Assembly (NCBI GenBank): GCA_964270895.1
Contig: OZ185446.1
From: Podarcis filfolensis
Taxonomy: Eukaryota
Strand: one strand, 5' to 3'
Length of the DNA stretch: 64,000 nucleotides
In this document: positions 62,711-64,000 of the stretch, one piece after another
Position numbering within the stretch: the first letter of the stretch is position 1
Layout of the letters: every line of letters begins with the position of its first letter
Notes under the pieces: generated by a model
Database searches by the model: none
Seen by the model: the letters and a program-made list of their open reading frames with translations, nothing else
Told to the model about the DNA's origin: nothing
Position numbers and translations under genes: made by a program

Positions 62711-64000
62711 TAACCCAACTCTGATGCAGGTGGGAGTTACAGCTCAGCCTATGAACAATAACTGCATATAAACGATGAAAGCTTTATTGAAAAGACTGAT
62801 TTGAGCGCCTTGGATGCCTTCCCTTCTCACTTTTTTTTAAAGAAAAAAATAAGCTGCTTTTTGATGTATGAGAAAAGGTAGTTTTTCAATACTATCGTCA
62901 CATCTGACTGTGGTGGAAGCAAAGAGCTGATATGCAGAACATATATAATTTGATTGTAAGAGGAAGATGAAGAGGAATTAACCTGATGTTATTCTTAAGG
63001 CATGGCCAGAGAAAGTGGACTGCTCACATAAGACATGAATTGAGGTGAGAACCCATTTGTGGGTTTCCCATAGGTATCTGGTTAGCCACAGTGAGAATAG
63101 GTGGCTAGGCTTAGATGGGCCATTGGCCTGGTCCAGCAGAACTCTTCTTAGGTCCTTATGTTCCTACATTCAGTTCTTAGCATCTCATAGGACTTCTGTC
63201 TGAAAGCCTAGACAGACAGTGCCAGCCAAGCTGGAACTGAACTAAATGGATCTGTGGCCTGACTCAGTATAAAGCATTTTGTTTTGTGTGACTTCATGCC
63301 TTTTGGAAGTCTTCCCAACCTCCCCTCTAATTCTGTTACTGCTCAACAATCACTAGATATGTAACATTATAGCACTTTGATGCCCTTACCATAAAAAAAC
63401 CTAGCTACATACACTACATTAAAACTGCCAAGGTAATTCTGAACTTCTTCCATTAATTGCTGTTGTCTCGCATGTTAACCATTATTTTTCTCAACCCCAC
63501 ACACTTTTCTCGGTCGGTGGGAAGACAAAGTTACCGCATTGTTCTTTTGTGAATCATGCCCTCCCACAAAACTGTCTCCCTGATTGGCATTTCTGGTTGA
63601 CAAGAGTCGTTTTCAGGAAATGTGAGCAGCAATTATCCAGATGCTTCCCTGCTCTCCCCCTCCCATCTGGAACTCGGAGGGTGTTCGTTTTCTTGAGCTC
63701 CAGTCTCCACTTTTGATTTTTTTTCCATGGAGGACATCTTGTGATCAAGAGCTTGGTTGGAGGAAGATCGCATTCTGGAGCCTGTGTGTGTGTGTGCTTG
63801 TGTATTTTTGGCAGATGTCAAAAGCATCTACCCTGTGTGCTCAGTTTTCCCTCCTCATTAATGTCTTCTTCAACTTGACAAAAGTAGACTCCTCTCTTAT
63901 GGACACCCAGACTGAAATGAACGAAAAGTAGCGGAGAGGTGGGAGTTGTGATGGTGGAGGAAGGGTTTAAGAAAGTGAAAAAATGATGGTAGTGGTAGTT

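Overview
This is vertebrate non-coding DNA from a squamate reptile, most consistent with a lacertid-type lizard (inferred from Sauria SINEs, a Bov-B LINE and the other reptile repeats). No protein-coding gene could be recognised. The protein-like ORFs in the track are retrotransposon remnants (Bov-B, L2, L1, CR1); the rest look like chance ORFs. The window reads as a large intron or intergenic region with about 45 recognisable repeats: Sauria, CORE-type and tRNA-derived SINEs, 5'-truncated LINEs, Tc1/mariner and hAT MITEs, solo LTRs with 5-bp target-site duplications (TSDs), and microsatellites. Repeat-free blocks between them may be regulatory. Best leads: a fold-back element at ~1.96-2.17 kb with recursive-splice-like AG|GTRAGT sites on both strands and a pre-miRNA-like stem; a 5'-inverted (twin-priming-type) Sauria SINE; strong candidate minus-strand micro-exons; TSD-proven nested insertions; and a six-CCAAT cluster. 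I cannot establish a new biological system from this sequence. All repeat family names come from recall and visual alignment, not from a database search.
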